Source: Mobula hypostoma (Eukaryota). From it: a stretch of DNA of 64,000 nt. The notes beneath the pieces were generated by a model. It saw only the letters and a program-made list of their open reading frames with translations, ran no database searches and was not told where the DNA came from. The DNA lies in contig NC_086097.1 of assembly GCF_963921235.1 (NCBI RefSeq), positions 90,398,001 to 90,462,000 on the forward strand, given 5' to 3'. Shown one piece after another: positions 38,534-51,300 of the stretch; positions within the stretch are counted from its first letter, which is position 1; each line of letters starts with the position of its first letter. The position numbers were made by a program, and so were the translations under genes.

Positions 38534-41394
38534 TGAGGGCACTGTCCTTAACTCTAGGGAAGTAGATACAGGTGTACAACGTTGGAAATTCATCCAAAGG
38601 CAGATTGTTCTGTTGTTCTGTGATCTGGGAACATTGGATGTCCAACAGAAAGAAAGAATCTTGTACATTTCAGCAAAATCCATTCTCATTCTTTGGAGCT
38701 CTAACGAATAAAGGTCTAGTCAATTCAACCTCTCTTCCTACAGAGGTATTGGTATTAGTTTGTCTGAGATACATTGAGAAGTTTGCTTCTATTCTGGTCA
38801 TGCAGATCAAATCATTAGACTGTGCACTGAGGTAGAACGAGAAAAACAACAATACAGAATTAAATGTAACAGCTACAGAGAAAATGCAGCACAGGTAAAT
38901 AATAAAGTTCAAGATCATAATGAGCTAGCTTGTGCGGTTAAGAGTCCATCTCACAGTACAAAAGGTACATTCAAGAATCTGTTAACAGCAGGTTAGAAGT
39001 TGTCCTTGAGCCCGGTGGTATGTGCTTTTAGGCTTTTGTATCCTCTTCCCGACGTGAGGGGGAGAGAAGAGAGAATGTCCGGGGTGGGTGGGATCTTCGA
39101 ATGTGCTGGCTGCTTTACCAAGAGGTGCAGACAGAGTCCACAAAGGAAAGATGTGCTGACTTGTCTACAACTCTCTGCAGGTTCTTGTGTCACTTGCAGA
39201 GCAGTTGCCATACCAAGCCATCATGCACCTAGATGGAATGCATGGTAAAAACTGGTAAAGGTCCACAAGGGTGTGCCAAATTTCTTTAGCCTCCCACCAT
39301 CGCCAAAATCAGTCTGGCAAGTCTTTGCTGTACTCCCCTTATGACAAGCTGGGAAAGGAAACCAAATGTGCTCACAATTCCCTTGGCCTTCTGTAACTGT
39401 TAAATGACACTCTCTCAAACCACTTACAATGAAAGCCAACGTACAGAATATCTTTTTAACTGCTTATTGCACCAATGTTTGTTTTTAATGACAGGTACAC
39501 AGGTCCCTTTTACTCTACCACTTCCCAATCTCTCCTTTTCTGTTTTCCCACATCGTGAGAAAAGTAGTTGAAACAAACCAGTCATGTTGCTAAGGTCTGG
39601 CATGATGACACTGATGATCTTTGAAGTTGATGAACTCAAGGCAAATGTAATGTTAACTTTATAGTTGACCAGCAAGATATCATACCCATACTTGAAATAG
39701 TACAAGCAGATGCGACTGATAATGGTACACCACATCAGGATCGTGGAGACCACTAAAATGCAGGCATTCACTTCTGCTGCAGAATTCACATGAATATACA
39801 AATTGTAGAAGAAAATCAGAAAGTAAGTAGTTCGAAGTTCGAAGTGATTTTACTATCAAAATACATGTATGTCACCATATTCTACCCTAAGATTCATTTT
39901 CATGCAGGCATTCACAGTAGAACGAAGAAATACATGGGGTCAATGAAAAACTACACACAAAGACTTCCAAACAACTCAATGTACAAAAGGAAAACGGCAA
40001 ATGCAACAAAAAGCTAATAATAAATAAATACTGAGAACATGAGATGTAAAGTCCTTGAAAGTGGGAACTTTGTGGAAACATTTCACTGTCAAGGTGAGTG
40101 ACGTTATCCATGCTGGTTCAGGAACTTATGGTTGAAGGGTAATAATTGTTTCTGAACCTGGTGGTGTGGGATCTAGGGTTCCTGTACCTCATTCTCAATG
40201 GTAGCAGTGAGAAGAGAGCATGGCTCTAGGTGGTGGAGTCCTTGATGATGGATAAGACTTTCTTGTGGCAGCGCTCCTTGTAGATGTGCTCAATGGTGGG
40301 GAGGGCTTTGCCTGTGATGGACGGGACTGTATCCATGACTTTTTGTAGGCTTTTCTGTACTTGGGCAGGGTGTTTCTGTACCAAACTGTGTTTCTACCAG
40401 TCAGGATACTCTCCATCATGCATCTATAGAAGTTTGTCAATAGCTGGTCGTACATTTTGCCAATGGCTCTCCAGGAGAAATGTAAAGGTGAGCTGAAGGC
40501 ACATTGACAATGGAGTTTCATCTGATTGACTTTCCCTGTGGCAGAAGGTAGTGATGACTTAAAGCACACCACATCTCGAGCATATGAGGTCATGGTAGAT
40601 GCAGGTATATTTGACGAACAGTGAGGCCGATGCAGGCTTGATAAAAGCCAACATAGAGATACCAGAGGGTGCACAACCAACTCTGCAGAGCACCACCATC
40701 ACAGCTCAATGCAGGCTGCAGAAGAGCCACAATCAGATGAGGTCATAGATTATAGATTTAAGTATATGGAAGATGCTCTAGTAAGGAAAAACACAGATAT
40801 TCACTGGTACCTCACTTAGTAATCATGTTGCATTGTTACAAACAAGCACACCAATGGAATTGACCCTCATCATTCGGGAAAAGTCACCTTCTCAATACTA
40901 ACATCATGGAGGAAGTACAGGAGCTTGACGTTTCACACGAAGTGTTTTAGGAAAAGCCCCTATCCCTCCGCCAGCAGATTTCAAAGTTCAAAGTACATTT
41001 ATTATCAAAATATGTATGCATTATACAACTTTGAGATTTGTCTCCTAATGGGCAGTCACAAAACAAAGAAACTCAGAAGATACCCTATATTAAAAAAAAG
41101 AAGGCTGTCAAACATCCAGAGTGCAAAGAGAAAAAAAATGCATCATGCCCATAAAAACAATCCATATGAAAAAAGACCGTTGAACACCCAATGTGCAGAG
41201 GAAAAACAAAACGAGAAAACCTGCAAGCAAATAGTGTTATGAACTGAAACCTGCAAGCGAGTCCCATAGTTCAGCACAGAGCCAAGTAGACCTTGTGGAG
41301 CAGCAATCTGAACTGGCCTGTCCCTCACCTTGGGTCCCGACAACCTGACCCTTTCAATCTGGCCTGGCACCTAAATCGTCGTCCAAACGTTGTG

Positions 41395-41490
41395 TTGATC
41401 AGTGTCAAAAAAGCCAAATTAAATCCACTGTGATTGAATGTTGTAAAACAATAAAGCACAAAAACTTCCGGGGGGGGGGTGAATACTTAC
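41395..41490 (+). mobile_element. Tc1-like terminal fragment
   Basis: tgttgtaaaacaataaa..aaaacttccgggggggggtgaatact resembles a Tc1 right end. Confidence 0.5.
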
Positions 41491-44479
41491 AGTTTTTATT
41501 GGTACTTTATATTATAGCAGGAGCAAAGGATGTAGGGAATAGTGCGGGTGGAGCACCATGGGAGGGGTGTGGGACAGGTAGTAGGGAAGGAGTGTCAGTG
41601 TCAGGTTCGAGGGTGGTGCAGGTGCACACACACCCAACCCTGAGACACCAGGCAAGGTCATTTGATTCCAAACAATTGGTTTATTAATCATTACAGAATG
41701 TCTCTTCAGTGTTCCCCTCTCCCTCTCCTGTCCCTTTCCCTTTTTGCAACCATGATTCCCCTCTCCCTGCTCCCTTCGCACTCTCAGTTCACAACAGAGA
41801 CCCATATCAGAATCAGGTTTATCATCAGTCACATATTGTATATCATGAAATTTGTTTTTTTTTTGTGGCAGCTGTACAGAGCAAAATATAAAATTACTAC
41901 AGTACTGTGCACAAGTCTTAGGCTCCCTAGCAATATATATGTGCCTAAAACTTGTCAGTGATAATCAGCCTGATTCTGATTCTGTTCAAGGTGACCATTA
42001 TATACAGAAAGATGCATAACTGACAGCAGAGCTGTCACAGAGTAGATTACAGAGAAACACATCGGGGGAACAGGCCCTTTACCCTACTGAATCCTTCTCA
42101 AACAAGGAATGATTATTCACTAACCCTTCTACCTCACTTCATTCTTTCCACATTTCTGTCAGCTCTCTCCCTCCTCCCAACACTCACTATGGCAGGGATA
42201 ATTAACCTACTAACCTGAGTAGGGGTGGACACCAGTGCACCTGGAGTTAATTCACACAGTCATACTGTGAACTTGAAAACCCCACCCTGGACAGCACTTG
42301 AGGGTCAGGATCAAACTCAGGTCTCTGGTGCTGCCAGCATCTCTATTTGGTAGGGCTGACCGAAGAAAATCGCTTAAACGGATCATCGAACTGTTATCAC
42401 AGCTCAGTTTGTGCAAAATAGGTCGAAGTGTTTCACTGGTTGTAAAGGCCTCCGGGCACCCTAAGGACTCTTGAGAAAAGAAAGCTGAGAGGTGATTGAA
42501 GGTGTTTATGAGATGCCTTGGTAGCATGGAGCCAAAGAATATAGGCAAGGACATGCAAGGCCCATCAATACAAGACACCAAGAAATCCATTTGGGGATCT
42601 AGAAGAAATTTCTTTACCCCAAGAGTGGTAAGAATGTGGAACCCACTACCACTGAGGGTGAACTGGTGTTTATTGTCATCTGCATAAGTCCATGTATGCA
42701 GAGATGCAACAAAAAGCTTAGAACATCAGAAAAGCAGCATTCACAAGAAAAAAATCATAAATTAAACATAATTTATACGCACTTTTTCCAAGAAAGGGAT
42801 TTTAAGAGGATGGTGACAGAGTCTTGGGGCTTGGGCAAAGTTTAGTCAATGCAGTTTCTGGATTGGACTCTGCAGTTCATGTTATATGTGTTTCTGGTTT
42901 CTGGTTACCCATTTTATTTATTGCTATTTTGTGTGACTTTGATCGTGGCAGGCTGGCTCTGTGGCCTGCAGTGAATGAAGGACACAGCACTGAACTGAAC
43001 TGAACATTCCTAGAATGTTTCAAGGACTCTGTGATTTGATGTTTTATATTCTGTGTGCTTTTAGCTCCTTCGTTGTCGTTTGTGTGATTTGTTTCCTTTT
43101 TTTGCGTGTTTGGTGTTTGATGCTGTCCTTGAACAGGTTCCATGGTGTTTCTTTGTTTTGTGGCTCTCTGTGGGAAGATGAATCTCAGGGTGGTATACTG
43201 CACCCATACTTTGATAATCAATGTAGCTTGAAACTTTAAATTAGCACAAAGGATACAAGTCCAGTGTAGTGCAAAGTGATCAAGATGCTCATAATGTTGC
43301 TATACTGAGGTGGAAGTTAATGTTGCACTGATTGGTTCAACAGTGAATGACAGAAGGGAGGTAACTGTTCTTGAACTTGGTTTGGGACTTCAGGTTTCTG
43401 TATCTCTTACCCAGTGGCAGCTGTGGCAAGGCCTGGACGGTCGGATCTGAAGACAGTTGAAGCAATTCCATGTGGGCACCCTTAAGGTGAGACTGGGGAA
43501 AAGAATTTATAGTCAGGCTGACAGATTTAAATGGGAGGGGCTTGACTAAAGTGTAAATGTTTCTAAGGACAGATTAGGACAGTCTCTGTCTGTGCTGCAT
43601 ATTCGATGTAATACTATGCGATATTGTCTCACATTTTAGTGTTCTCTTGGGCTAGACTCTCATGTCCCTCAAATTATTTGCTTTGGATTTTAGGCTGAAT
43701 GGCCTATTCCCCGAGTGATCAAACCTTTTTCTTTTCAAATTTTGTCACGATTAAACCACGTGGGTGTTAACACTGTGAATGCTCTACTTTCACTCAGCAG
43801 AGAACCCTTTAACCTGATTCTGCACCTCACCCAACATGGCACTGCCTGAATGAGGACGGGATTATGTCCCCAGGACACAGTTACCTTAAACTGGAAATAG
43901 ATGAATGTCATGTAAAGGAGACCAGCCTGCATGCCGATACTTTGCTGACATCATTTATATCGATTAGGATGAGCCCGACGTTTGCCATTCTCCTTTCTTA
44001 TGTGGGATCGTCTGAATTCAAAAAGAGCTGCAAATTATTAAGATCCCATTGGTAGAAGCTCTCCTTGTTAACTGAATGAAGCAATCTTGATTGCCCTCTC
44101 CCGAGAAGTTTTGGGCTCAATCTCTTCTCCAGAGACTTCAGCATGTAATCCAGGCCAACGCTTGATGCAGCAGTGAGAAAATCCTTTATGCCATTAGTCT
44201 ACATTAAGAAGTTATTTACAGCAGACAATTTATACACTTCAGAATTTTCTATTTTGGTTTTGAGAAGGGGCCCAATATGTTTATGGTATACAGTACATTC
44301 CCAATCTTATGAATTGCCAGCAATTTCAATGAGGTCTTTGCTTTTTGCTTCAGGTGCTGACTGACCTGTACTGCAGCCTCATGCTGTTCAGCTGTGCGTT
44401 GGAAGCAACATTTAGGGCCAGAGCATTAACACACTATTTATTTTCAGTACGGTGTGTTTAGTGGTAGTTTACTTTACTT

Positions 44480-44755
44480 TTTATTTATTTAGATGCAGTG
44501 TGGAATAGGTCCTTCTGGCCTTTGAGTCATGCCACCCAGCAACCCCCGATTTAATCCTAGCCTAATGATGGGACAATTTACAATTTGGAGCAATTAACCT
44601 TATTAATTATTATTAACCCACCAACTGGCGTGCCTTTGGACTATGGGAGGAAACTGGAACACCTGGAGAAACCCTTACAGAGAGCAGCAGGAATTGAACC
44701 AGGGTCGCCTGCACCGTAAAGCGTTGTGCTAACCACTACGGTACTGTGCTGCCCT
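44480..44755 (-). mobile_element. V-SINE (HE1-like)
   Basis: Minus: gggcagcacagtaccgtagtggttagcacaacgctttac..ggttcaattcctgc. Confidence 0.8.
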
Positions 44756-44911
44756 AGTTATTGGGGATGGTGAGGAGATGTGGTTATGTTCACTCTATCC
44801 ATGGGCCTCATGGTTGTATATGCCTCTATGAGATTATCCCTCAGTCTCCTATGCTCCAGATTGTAAACGCACAGCCAGTCTTAAGTCTCCCTATAACTCA
44901 GTCCCTTTAGT

Positions 44912-47900
44912 CCATAAAACCATAAGACATAGGAGCAGAATTAGGCCATTCAGCCTATTGAGCCTACTCCGCAATTCCATCATGGCTGATCCCAGATCCC
45001 ACTCAACCCCCTCACCATATCCTTTGATGCCCTGACTGATCAGGAAACGATTAACTTCTGCCTTAAATATACCCACAGACCTAGCCTCCACCACAGTCTG
45101 TGACAGAACATTCCACAGATTCGCTAATCTCTGGCTAAGAAAGTTTCTTCTTACCTCTGTTCCACAAGGTTCCCCTTAATTTTGAGGCTGTGCCCTCTAG
45201 TTCTGGATACCCCCACCAAAGGAAGCATCCTCTCCACATCCATCCTATCTAGTCCTTTCAGCATTCAGTAGGTTTCAATGAGATCCCCACACATTATTCT
45301 AAATTCCAGTGAGTACAGGCCCAAAGCTGCCAAATGCTCCTCATGTTAACTCCTTCATTCCTGGAAGCATCCTCGTGAACCTCCTCTGGACTCTCTCCAA
45401 TGATAACACATTCTTTCTGAGATATGGGACCCAAATCTGTTCACAATATTCCAAGTGCAGCCTGACTAGTGTCTTCTAAAGGTTCAGCATTATCTCCTTG
45501 CTTTTACATTTGACTCTCCTTGAATTAAATGCCAACATTGCATTTGCCTTCTTTACCACAGACTCAATTTGAAAATTAACTTTGAGAGTCTTGCAGAAGG
45601 ACTCCTAGGCCTCTCTGCACCTCTGATGTTTGAACCTTTTCCCATTTGGATAACAGCCCGCACTATTGTTCCTTTTACAAAAATGAATTATCATACATTT
45701 CCCAACACTGTATTCCATCTGACACTTTTATGCCCATTCTTCCAATTTGTCTAAGTCCTGCTGCAATCGCACTGCCTCCTCAGCATTACCTACTCCTCAA
45801 CCTATCTCTGTATCATCTGCAAACTTTGTCACAAAGCCATCAATTCCATTATTTAAATCATTGACAAATAATGTGAAAAGTAGTGGTCCCGATACTGACC
45901 CCTGAGGAACATCACTAGTCACTGGCAGCCAACCAGGAAAGGCCCCTTTTATTCCCACTCGCTGCCTCCTGCTTGTCAGCAATTCCTCTAATCTTTCCTG
46001 TAACGCCATAAGATTTTATGTTGTTAAGCAGCCTCATGTGTGGCACCTTATCAAATGCCTTTTGAAAATCCAAGTAAACGAAATCAACTGCCTCTCCTTT
46101 GTCCACTCTTCTTGTTACTTCCTCAAAGAACAGATTTGTCAGGTAAGATTTTCCTTTACAGAAACCATGCTGACTTTGACTTAGTTTATCATTTGTCTCC
46201 AAGTACTCCAAAACCTCATCCTTAATAATAGACTCCAACACCTTCCCAACCACTAAGATTAGGCTAACTGGCCTAAAATTTCCATTCTTTTGCCTTCCTC
46301 CCTTCTTAAAAGTGGAGTGACATTTGCAATCTTCCAGCCCTTGGGAACATGCTAGAATCAAGTGATTCTTGAAAGATTATGACCAATGCATCTGTTATCT
46401 CTCCAGCAACCTCTCTCAGGACTCTGAGATGTAGTCCATCTGGTCTAAGTGACTTAACTACCTTTGAGTTTGCCTAGCACTTTTTTCTTTGTGATGGCAA
46501 TGACACTCACTCCTGCACCCTGACACTCATGGACCTCTGGCATACTACTAGTGTCTTCCTCTTTCTAAAGATGTAATTCCATCTGTTACCAACAGAGCCA
46601 CACCACCGCCTATGCCTTCCTGCCTGTCCTTTTGATAGAATATAGGCCCTCTGATGTTCAGCTCCCAACTGTGGCCTTCTTTCAGCCGTGACTCAGTGAT
46701 GCCCACAACGTCATACTGTCCAATCTCTAATTGTGCCACGAGTTCTTCCACCTTATTCCGAATGTTACACGGTTTCAAGTACAGCACCTTTAGTTCTGCA
46801 TTCTTCACCCTTTTGAGTTTTGCCTCTGTGGTACAATTTAACTCTCTGCTCTGTCTGTATTTGTGCCCAATCATTGGTTTGTCCTTCCTTACATTCATGT
46901 TACACCCCTCATCTACTTGTAAACCTGCTGGCTCATCCTCAGCTCTACCATACTGGTTCCCATCCCCCTGCCATATTAATTTAAGCCACTCCCAACAACT
47001 CTAGTAAATCTGCTCACAAGAATATTGGTCCCCCTCAAATTTAAGTGCAGCCCTTCCATTTTGTACAAGTACCACTTGCCCCAGAAGAGGTCCCAATGAT
47101 CCAGAAATCTGAATCCCTGCCCCCCGCTCCAATTCTTCAGCCATATATTTATCCTTCTACTCATTCTATTCCTATCCTCACTGTCACATGGCACAAGCAG
47201 TAATCCCAAGAATACTACCCTTGAGGTCCAGCTTCTCAGCTTCCTTCCTAACTCCCTGTATTCTGTTCTCCTTTCCTACCTATGTCATTGGTACCAATAT
47301 GTACCACAACTTCTGGCTGCTCACCCTCCCTTTTCAGGATATTGTGGATGCGTTCAGAAATATCGCGGATCCTGGCACCTGGCAGGCAAACTATCATTCC
47401 TGTTTCCTTTTTCGCGTTCATAGAATCATCTATCTGTCCTGCTGACTATAGAGTCCCCTATCACTGCTGCCACCCTCTTCAGTTTCCCACCCTTGTGAGC
47501 TACAGGGCCAGAGGCACGACCGCTGTTGTTTGCCCAGGTAGGTCCCCCCACCAACAGTACACAAAATGGAGTAGTTATTGTTGACCGGGACAGCCACAGG
47601 GGTACTCACCACTACCTGACATTCCCCCTTCCCTCTCCTGATAGTCCCCCATTTATCTGTCTCCTGTCGCCCTGGAATGACCACCTCCCTGTAGCTCCTG
47701 TCTATCACTGCCTCACCTTCCCCAACAAGCCGAAGGTCATCAAGCTGCAGCTCCAGTTCCCTAACCCGGTCTCTAAGGAGCTGCACCTCAATGCACCTGG
47801 TGCAGATGTGGTCATCTGAGGCTGTCACCCAGATCAGAGCACTGGCTTGGTAGACATACCCCTTATTCTTTAAGAATTTAAGTAAGAAATAAGGAATGAA

Positions 47901-48110
47901 CTTTCCTACCTCTCTTCCCTCCGCCTGTTCTCGCCAAGGCCCCATTGAGCCAAAACCTTACTACTCTGCCTCAGACTATTCCGACGACGACTGCTCACAC
48001 GATGACCACTCCGCTGGACAGTAGCTCTCTTTTATAGAGACTGGGTTTTTAAAGCTCTTCGCCAGACCTGTGTAGGAGTGCTTCTGTTGCATCTGCGCAG
48101 TACTCCAAAC
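44912..48110 (-). mobile_element. Near full-span CR1 LINE with internal deletions (5' UTR, ORF1, EN start, RT, 3' tail)
   Basis: ORF1 remnants CTRCIEVQLLRDRVRELELQL and FLDHWDLFWG..GLHLN (SGNH esterase-like); EN start LKVLYL..IRNK..YDVVGITES; RT NFRPVSLILVVGK, YLDFQKAFDKVPH, VPQGSVSGP, KFADDT. Confidence 0.92.
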
Positions 48111-48310
48111 ATCTTGGCAACATCCTTGTAAATCTCTTTTTCTTACACTCGTTCCAGTTTAATTGCATTCTTCCTAAAAGGGGGTGACCAAAGTTCGGAA
48201 TCTCTATATAAATAAAAACTGAACACAGTACTCAAAGTGTGGTCTCACATGGTCTTGAACAATCGGAACATAACCTCCCAACTTCTAGATTCAGTATCCT
48301 GGCTGATAAA

Positions 48311-48675
48311 ACTAGAGGATGGCGTAAGGAGCTCCTCTCCTCCATTAGCTTGCAGTCTTGGGCAAGGTGTAGCACATGCCCAGCCAACCCTGCCCCCCCA
48401 CCCCTGCACCATTGAGCAGGATCATGTGACACCACGGGAGCAGGTGGTGGTGGTCATATGAGCAGCTGGAGCATATCACAATGTCCTGGTTATCTGAACA
48501 CTGACGCTAGGCAGACAATCTCTGAACAGTATTGATAACGGCTGGGGTCACCTGTCTTGTAAAGACACTGCCCAGAAGGCAATAGCAAAGCACTTCTGTA
48601 AAAAAATTTGCCAAGAGCAATTGTGGTCAAGACCACGATCGCCCATGTCATACGACACGTCACATAATGTATAAG
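48311..48675 (+). mobile_element. SINE-like element with RTE-type tail, 7-bp TSD
   Basis: TGATAAA at 48304-48310 and 48676-48682; inserted into an older minus-strand CR1 fragment. Confidence 0.78.
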
Positions 48676-48739
48676 TGATAAAGACAAGCATACCAAATGC
48701 CTTCTTTGCCTCCCTTTCTATCTGTGACCTCATTTTAAG

Positions 48740-49558
48740 GGAATTACGTGAGTGGGCTAGGGTCTGGCAGATGGAGTACAATGTTGATGAATGTGAGGTC
48801 ACCAACTTTGGAAGGAAAAATAGATTAGATTATTATTTAAATGCTGCTGTTGTATGGAGACACTTGGGAGTGCTAGTGCACGAATCATGACAGATTTTTT
48901 GCAGGTGCAACAGGGTATCAAGAAGGCAAATGGAAGGTTGCCCTTCATTACTGGAGGGATGGAATTTACAAGCAGGGAAGCTATATTACGACTGTACAGT
49001 GTACTGGAGAGGCTGCACCTGGAGTACTGCGTGCGGTTCTAGTCTCCATACTTGAGGAAAGGCTTTGGAAGCGGTATAAAGAAGGCTCACTGGGTTGATT
49101 CTGGAGATGAGGGGTTAGCCTATGAGGAGAGATTGAATGACCCAGGACTACACTTGCCTGAATTCAGAAGAATGAAAGGGGAGCTTACAGAAATATAACA
49201 TTATGAAAAGGATAGATAAGCTATAGGCAAGAAAGTTGTTTCCACCAGTGGGAATAGAACTAGGGGACATTGCCTCTAGATACGCCAGGAATGGATTTAG
49301 GACAGAAGTGAAGAGAAACTACTTTTCTCAGGGAGTAGTGAATCTGTGGACTTCTCTACCCATGGAAGCAGTAGAGGCTATGATTATAATTAAATATATT
49401 CAAGACACAGTTAGGTTTTTGCATAGATGGGGAATTAAAGGATCTGGGGAAATGCCAGGTAGATGGAACTGAGCAGATGGTCAGATCAGCCATGGTCTTA
49501 CTGAATAGCAGAGCAGGCTGGACGGGAGGGATGACCCACTCCTGGTCCTATTTCTTAT
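48740..49558 (+). mobile_element. CR1 LINE 3' portion
   Basis: EWARVWQMEYNVDEC, LERLHLEYCVRF, NYFSQGVVNLWTSLP; 3' tail cctatttcttat. Confidence 0.88.
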
Positions 49559-49826
49559 AAAAACACCAACACGAGGAAACCTGCAGATGCTGGAATTTCA
49601 AACAACACACATACACTTCACCTGTGAACGCAGCAGGCCAGGCAGTATCTCTAGGAAGAGGTACAGTCGACGTTTTGGGCCAAGACCCTTCATCAGGACT
49701 AACTGAAAGAAGAGCTAGTACAGTCAACGTTTGGGGCCGAGACCCTTCGTCAGGTCAGGTCTGACTGTACCTCTTCCTAGAGATGCTGCCTGGCCTGCTG
49801 CGTTCACCAGCAACTTTTGTGTGTGT
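49559..49826. mobile_element. Penelope-derived fold-back mini-element with two tandem hammerhead motifs and a 13-bp TSD
   Basis: TCCTATTTCTTAT at 49546-49558 and 49827-49839; ~45-bp near-perfect inverted arms at 49624-49668 and 49763-49807; hammerhead-like units on minus at 49664-49701 and 49721-49754. Confidence 0.85.
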
Positions 49827-50029
49827 TCCTATTTCTTATGTTGATTTCCTATTTCTTGATATTCCTCTTCACTGTTTACACAACCTGCTTCAGTGTGATC
49901 TGCAAAGTTAATAAATTTTCCTCCTATTAGCTTCATTTTCATCTCTTAAGATATTTCATCTTCCATCAGAACTGCCATCAACCTTCTCCAAAGAAAACTA
50001 CCCCAGCCTTTCTAATCTCTCTCCTTGTA

Positions 50030-51300
50030 AGTGTAGGTCCACCCACCACCCCAGAAACCCGGCTGGATCCTCTCTAAAGAGACTGGAGGTAATGGGAGGC
50101 AGATGGTTGGAAGTGAAGTGAAGAGGGAACGACGGAGAGAGAGGGGGAGGGATGCAGTGTGGGAGGGTGGGGGAGAGGTGGTGGTGAGGATTTGGATGGG
50201 GGGGTGGGGGAGGAGTACAGCCGTTGCCGAGCGCACCCTAGTTAGTTCAGCATTGCAATGCGAGGAGACGCCCGCAGGCGAAGGGTTAACCGGGCGGACG
50301 AGCAGCAAAGACGGAGACGAGCTCAGGGACTGGTACAGAGTGCGATCGAGCATCCACCAACAAAAGCAGCCGTGTGGATTGGGGCTCCGCGGCATTCTCG
50401 CGTACCAGCGGCAACAAAAGGCGGGACCCGGACCCTTCCCCTTCCACTGTATCGCCCCAAGGTCAACCTTCACCCTGCGGCGCCGACGATCATTTATTCA
50501 TTATCTGGTCGCATTTCGCCGGCGGATGGTTTCTGAGGTTACATTGCGCTGATCTAGGAAAAATCCTGCACCATTTGATCTACCGCCAGGGCGGTGGGAG
50601 CGGATAGATGCAGTAGGTGCCTCGGCAATTATATATAAGACATAGTGGTTGAATTTGTTAAAGTGCATTGCAACTGTGTGTAGCCTGGGTTGCAATCTCT
50701 TACTTGCATTACGCACGATGGTAAAGTTATATAATCGGTGAATAAATTATCTCAGGGGAGACGCGCTGGTGTGCGATGGTGTTGGGGCGTGCGTCCACAA
50801 TCTCTCCCCATCTGAACGGCAGCCTGGTTGTAGGCACAACGGTGAGAACGGAGGATGGTGGACCCTGCCGGGAACGGGGCCGGCCAGGCGCCGGCGGACG
50901 GAGCTGTGGGAGGCGGGGAGCCGGTGACCGGGGGTGGCTTGGACGCGGCGGCGGTGCTGAGGCAGGAGTCGCCGCTGTTGCACCTGGATCTGGACAACTT
51001 CAACAGTGCTGAAGCCGAGGGCAGCCGCTATGTGCTGACCAGCCCCCGGTCGCTGGAGGCGTGTGCGAGGTGCGGGGTGAAGCCGGTGGAGCTGCTGCAC
51101 AAATCGGTCAACGAGTTCGCCAAGGAAGCGCCGGCCAGGTCGATGAGGGTGGCGGCCGGCCTCTACGAGGTGTACGAGAAGGAGAGGCGCAGGAAGCTGA
51201 GGGACTGCAGGGAGGAACGGGAAAGGATTATCAGACTGGAGAGGAGGAGGAAATGTGGACCGGCCAGGAACAGCTTGCCGTCATCTCCGGCCCCCATGAC
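50030..51300 (+). promoter_or_regulatory. CpG island and probable CCDC177 promoter/5' region
   Basis: Sharp rise in GC and CpG against the CpG-depleted flanks; free of recognisable repeats; G-rich tract at 50120-50215. Confidence 0.7.

Noticed and set aside
39424..39801. 125-aa hydrophobic ORF
   Set aside because: AT-rich chance ORF between repeat fragments; no motif recognised.
50012..50607. Several 77-153 aa ORFs upstream of CCDC177
   Set aside because: Expected by chance in a GC-rich CpG island; no recognisable protein motifs.
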